Positions 58,655 to 64,000 of a stretch of DNA of 64,000 nt are shown one piece after another. A program made the position numbers and the translations under genes. Origin of the DNA: Octopus sinensis. Taxonomy: Eukaryota. Position 1 is the stretch's first letter; every line of letters begins with the position of its first letter. The notes beneath the pieces are model-generated. The model did not search any database. It was given only the letters and a program-made list of their open reading frames with translations, and was not told the origin of the DNA. The DNA lies in contig NC_043010.1 of assembly GCF_006345805.1 (NCBI RefSeq), positions 28,210,001 through 28,274,000 on the forward strand, written 5' to 3'.

Positions 58655-58920
58655 CGGTGGTTCCCAAACTTTTTCGGGCTGCTACCCACTTGGCACCTTG
58701 ACTGCATTCCTAGCGCACCCCAACTGACCATCACAAACATAGACCTCTTTCTGAAGCAAATTCAAAGCAAACGTACTTCACAAATAAAACTTAACCTAAT
58801 TAACCCATTATTTTGTTGTTTTTACATTTATCGCCCGCTTTTGACCACCCTATTATCACCCCCTGGATCTTTCCTCTGCTCCTGGGGAAAAGGCGGTACC
58901 ACCCACTTTGAGGACTATTG
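58655..58920. mobile_element. hAT (Charlie-like) MITE, 266 bp
   Basis: CGGTGGTTCCCAAACTT / CTTTGAGGACTATTG termini; 8-bp TSD GTTTAACA / GTCTAACA (7/8 match). Confidence 0.75.
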
Positions 58921-59289
58921 GTCTAACAAAACTAATAGTCCGAACATGCGCCTAATATTCAAAACACTCTACCGAATAAAGTTATGAACGTGTAGCGAGG
59001 TTCCTGCAGAGGTTTAAACCACAGCGCTTAGATTTTCTCGCTTCAGGACCACGACCCACCATATCGCCATAAAAGACAATGTGTCACTATAAGAGACATT
59101 GACACCTTCGTGAAAATGACTCGGCCAATCAGCATTGGCTAACCTGTTATATTTGCATAGTATTCAAATACAAGGGGCATTTTCCTTGTTTCTGCATATC
59201 TCTGTCTCTTTTATTTACTCTTGTGGGTTCGAGGTCGTTGTGAATTCTTGGCAGAGAAGAAGAAGAAGAAGAAGAAGAAGAAGAAGAAG

Positions 59290-59700
59290 AAGAGAATGCG
59301 GGAGTAGTATGCTAGTACTAGGGTGTTAAATGGTCAAGTGCCCTGAAAGTGACTTGTTGTGGATGGTAGAAGTGATTGAATTTTTGAGATATCTCTTTTA
59401 TTGTTTTTAATATTGTTTTTAATATTTGCGTTTGTTATTCTAAGCATCAATAGTAATAAAGTAAGGAAGGGGGTGGCGGAGAGGAAAAAAAAGACGAAGA
59501 AGAAGGAGAACGAGAAGAGAAAGAATAATGATAGAAGAATGCGGGAGTGGTATGATAGTAGTAGGATGTTGAATGGTCAAGTGACCTAAAAGTGACTCGT
59601 TGTGGATTATGGTAGTGACTGGGATTGTTTTTAATGAATTTGGGGTATCTCTTTTGGATGTATCATTTTTAATATTTGCGTGTGTGTTATTCCTTCGTCG
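59290..59700. repeat. ~110-bp diverged direct repeat pair downstream of the Penelope ORF
   Basis: GAATGCGGGAGT..TATG.TAGTA.TAG..TGTT.AATGGTCAAGTG.CCT.AAAGTGACT.GTTGTGGAT at ~59294 and ~59536. Confidence 0.7.
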
Positions 59701-59715
59701 TGGTGGATATGTCAT

Positions 59716-60796
59716 TTGTTGTAGATGCGTTCAAAAGGGGTCGGTATCTTGTGACTCTTTACTAATTCGATGGCTATAGATTGTATCGTCTCTGAATTAA
59801 TAGAGCGGGAAATTCTGAAATTTGGTATTTGCTATTGGCACGAATGTCGATGTGTTGGCTGAATGCTATTTTTCTGTTTTTCGGAATTTTGATCTGGGGT
59901 CTGTGCAGGGCCATCCTTTAACGTAGACCATTTTTTGTTTGGCCTATGTATTGCTTTTGACATCCAGTGCAGGTTAGTGCGTATATCAGGTTCTCCAAAG
60001 CACATGTGAAGCTGCTTTTCACTGTGAAACGTTGTCCCTGTTTGAAGGAGAACTCTGATCCCCCAATTAAATTGACGCATATCCCTCAGTTGGGCCTTCC
60101 GCATTTTTTTTACTGACGGCTTCAGTGCTGTTGAGCGTATTCGAACTTGTGTTGGGAGACTTTTCATAGATTTGGGTTGTCTCTTGCTTTTTATGATGGT
60201 CTGTGTTTGGAGTATTAAGTTCATTCTGTGATCCTTTTTTAGTAGGGGAATGTTTTGAAGGATGGTGTCGAAGGCTTCATTGTTAAGAGGGTTGTGTATG
60301 GAGATGTATGGTAGAGCTTTTGGTTGTAAATCCTTCTTTAATTTGGGATGTCTGAGTTCGTGGATGTTGAGTTGTAAGGCAAGTTGAAAGCATATGTCAA
60401 TTAGTGAAATTGGGTAGTTGCTGGTGATGAGTGTATCCTTTAGTTCATGTAGTCGTGTGTCGCTGGTGCTTGCATTAGAAACTATAGTACAGGTCCTTTT
60501 TGCTAGGTTGAAGGGGATAGTCATTCTTGTGTGTCAGGGGTGGCATCAGTTGAACGGTAGATATTGCTTGGAGTCCATGGGCTTATAGTATATATCTGTT
60601 TCTATTACGTTGTTAGATTTCTTAATGAGGATGTCGAGGAAGAGTTGTTGATGGCTATATTCCATCGTGAATTAAATGTTTACATCGAGTCCATTTATAA
60701 GTGCTGGAAATTCTTTAAGTCTCTCTATACCTTCATGCCAAAGAATGAAACAGTCATCCACGTATCTCTTCCAGTTACTTTCTATGTAGAGAGAGA

Positions 60797-60836
<40 letters not shown>

Positions 60837-61545
60837 TGCCGTAACTTACGATAAAGACTAATTTCTAGATATTCCATAACTAGGTTAACAAAAGAGGGGG
60901 CCATTCTCGTGCCCATCGCAGCCCCCGATTTTTGTCGATAGAAGTTGTCTTTGATGATGAAGTAGTTATTCTCCAAGATAAATTTAACCCCTTCTATCAC
61001 AAATTCTTTTTTGATGCGATTTGGGAGTTCGTTGGCGTAATTCTCTAGCCAGAACTGAATTGCCTCTATTCCTAGATTGTGGGGGATATTGGAATAGAGG
61101 TTGACTACATCGAAGGATACTAGTAGGGTGTTTTTGTTTATTGTTTCAGGAAGGCGATTGAGTATATCCAGGTCGTCCCTTATGTAGCTTTTGACATGCT
61201 TGAGGAATGATTTTAAGAGGGTAACTAAACAGTTACTGAGGCGGTGGGTTTCGCATGCGGGACATGCTATTATAGGTCTCAATTTGAGGTCATTAGAAGT
61301 AGGGACTTTAATTATCATGTCTGTGGCTTTCCTGCATGCGTTACTTATTTTCTCACTTTTATGTATCTTGGGAATACCGTAGAATTGACTGGTTTTACTT
61401 TTGAAATTGGTCATATAGTCATGTTCTTTATCGGTGAGCCCTTCTCTGTATAGGTTTAACATTTTAGGTCTCTCATTATTTTCTGCTGACTGTAGTGTTG
61501 GGTCTTTTCATAATATGTTGTGTCTTCTAATAAGGATAGTACTAG
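59716..61545 (-). mobile_element. Penelope-like element, 5'-truncated and frameshifted (RT + GIY-YIG)
   Basis: FYGIPKIHK, LRPII, SFDVVNLYSNIP, GAAMGTRMAP, WKRYVDDCFI, NLIYALTCTGCQKQYIGQT; (GA)n inserted at ~60788-60830. Confidence 0.92.
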
Positions 61546-61559
61546 AGTTATATAGTATA

Positions 61560-61648
<89 letters not shown>

Positions 61649-61649
<1 letters not shown>

Positions 61650-62212
61650 TAGCAGTATCGCCCGGCGTTGCTCGGGTTTGTAAGGGAAATAACTATATAA
61701 GCATTTTTAGAGAGTTATAGCCAAAAAATAGCAAAAAAAATGCATTAAAAATGGAAAAAAAATTATGGTAAATTTTTTTTTAAATCGTTGACTCATCGTA
61801 GACATTTTCTGTTTTGGTGTCTTCAAGCCATGAAGTCGTTGTTCTAAAAGAACGCTGGTCTCCTTGACAACGCTTTACGACGTTGATTTCCTTAAACTCC
61901 CTTCTCCACAGCTTCAAGAGGGAGGGAAGAAGGGGGAGAAGCAAACAGGTGCAGGCGTGAGCGTGGACGCCAACTCCGCCGCCATCGACACACGAAAAAT
62001 TATGCATTAAAATGGAATAAAAAATGATGTTAAATTATTTTTAAAATCGTAGACTCATCGTAGACGCGCGCTAATACGCAGACGGGCTCGATATGAATCA
62101 CGACTATAAGATACCCGAATTTGGTGAAACTGCACCGCAAAATGTGGGAGTAGTTAGGAATCTAAATCGAAGGGGACAGACACTCACACAACTTCACTTT
62201 TATATATATAGA
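61649..62212 (-). mobile_element. Non-autonomous Helitron, tandem copy 1
   Basis: Minus strand begins TC and ends with hairpin CCCGAGCAACGCCGGG followed by CTAG. Confidence 0.85.
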
Positions 62213-62727
62213 CTAGCAGTATCGCCCGGCGTTGCTCGGGTTTGTAAGGGAAATAACTATATAAGCATTTTTAGAGAGTTACTTCCTTTATAGATGCCAA
62301 TTCGGGCTTTCTTAGCCATTTCTGTTTTGGTGTCTTCAAGCCATGAAGTCGTTGTTCTAAAAGAACGCTGGTCTCCTTGACAACGCTTTACGACGTTGAT
62401 TTCCTTACACTCCCTTCCCCACAGCTTCACGAGGGAGGGAAGAAGGGGGAGAAGCAAACACAGGTGCAGGTGTTTGAGCGTGGACGCCAACTCCGCCGCC
62501 ATCGACACACGAAAGATTATGCATTAAAATGGAATAAAAAATGATGTTAAATTATTTTTAAAATCGTAGACTCATCGTAGACGCGCGCTAATAGCCAGAC
62601 GGGCTCGATATTAATCACGACTATAAGATACCCGAATTTGGTTAAACTGCACCGCAAAATGTGGGAGGAGTTAGGAATCTAAATCGTAGGAGACAGACAC
62701 TCACACAACTACAGTTATATATATATA
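62213..62727 (-). mobile_element. Non-autonomous Helitron, tandem copy 2
   Basis: Joined to copy 1 as CTAG|TC on the minus strand (62213|62212). Confidence 0.85.
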
Positions 62728-63250
62728 CTAGCAGTATCGCCCGGCGTTGCTCGGGTTTGTAAGGGAAATAACTATATAAGCATTTTTAGAGAGTTACTTC
62801 CTTTATAGATGCCAATTCGGGCTTTCTTAGCCATTTTTGTTTTGGTGTCTTCAAGCCATGAAGTCGTTGTTCTAAAAGAACGCTGGTCTCCTTGACAACG
62901 CATTACGACGTTGATTTCTTTACACTCCCTTCCCCACAGCTTCACGAGGGAGGGAAGGGGGAGAAGCAAACAGGTGCAGCTGTGAGCGTGGACGCCAACT
63001 CCGCCGCCATTGACACACGAAAGATTATGCATTAAAATGGAATAAAAAATGATGTTAAATTATTTTTTAAATCGTAGACTCATCGTTGACGCGCGCTAAT
63101 AGCCAGACGGGCTCGATATGAATCACGACTATAAGATACCCGAATTTGGTTAAACTGCATCGCAAAATGTGGGAGGAGTTAGGAATCTAAATCGAAGGGG
63201 ACAGACACTCACACAACTAGAGTTTTATATATATATATATATATATATAT
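62728..63250 (-). mobile_element. Non-autonomous Helitron, tandem copy 3
   Basis: Third near-identical unit; 5' end runs into (TA)n. Confidence 0.85.
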
Positions 63251-63252
63251 AC

Positions 63253-63412
63253 ACGACGGATTTTCTTTCAGTTTCCGTCGATCAAATCCACTCACAAAGC
63301 TTTGGTCGGTCCGAGGCTATAGTAGAAGGCACTTGCCCAAGGTGTCACTCAGTGGGATTGAACCCGGAACCATGTGGTTTGGTAGCAAGCCTCTTACCAC
63401 ACGCGTGTGCCT
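63253..63412 (-). mobile_element. SINE family A head/body
   Basis: TTCTTTCAGTTTCCGTCGATCAAATCCACTCAC...GGGATTGAACCCGGAACCATGTGG. Confidence 0.8.
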
Positions 63413-64000
63413 ATATACTAAAATTACAATAATCTAGAACAGTTATAGCTGCTCTCCAACAAATCTCTCAAAACTTACAGAATGCACCTCATATTTTATT
63501 GACCAGTATCGCTTTCATTTACGTGTGTATATACAAATAATCTACTAGGTCAGTGATCGTAAACAACGAACATAATACTTCGGAGTGTTTTATAATACAG
63601 CATACTATATGAAAGTAATACATTGTCAGTGAAGACGTTTAAATTACCGAATATAATGATTGTTCGTTATTCAACGCTTATGGCGGTACTTTTTGTTGAA
63701 TACGACAAAAGAATATTAAATAAGGAAAACGCGAAAGCGCGTGAGAACAACTCATCAAGTAAAATGACATAGTGAGTGACTGTAGTCAGTGACAGAATTT
63801 GCCAAATTTTTATAACTACAAGCTAAATTTTCTAGAACCTTCGATATATTATTTGGCCGGAAAACTTGTGCATTTCTTTTGAATTTTGTCGCATCAACCA
63901 ATTGGTTGCGCCATGTTCACGTAGGTATTAATGCCTTTTATGGCGACACGTTTCCTTCTATGGTGATACTGTAGGTCGTGATTCTGAGCTGGGAAGCGAT

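Overview
Eukaryotic, AT-rich, repeat-saturated window. The SINE families and microsatellite load look like an Octopus/coleoid cephalopod genome; this is recognition from memory, not a database result. Nearly all long ORFs come from transposons or are microsatellite artefacts. The one convincing host-type CDS is 45939-47288 (+), an orphan-looking secreted protein with a basic block followed by acidic 16/13-aa repeats. The main architecture is retrotransposons stacked head-to-tail inside microsatellites. Three Tx1-clade L1 copies (19625-31157, -) have every junction inside a (GATA/GACA)n tract. Four R4/Dong-like RLE LINE copies and four copies of a ~560-bp non-coding element have nearly all junctions in (AAT)n (35520-41810 and 48082-50270). 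A tRNA-derived SINE shares the last ~47 nt of the Tx1 3' UTR, including a stem-loop with compensatory changes, which suggests a LINE-SINE partnership. Also present: two solo LTRs of one family with 4-bp TSDs, a 742-bp foldback palindrome with an 8-bp TSD nested in one of them, a twin-primed RTE, a tandem trimer of non-autonomous Helitrons, a Penelope element, hammerhead-like motifs, mariner/maT relics, several MITEs and many SINEs. Coordinates were counted by hand. Ends supported by a TSD are exact; others are approximate (tens of bp).
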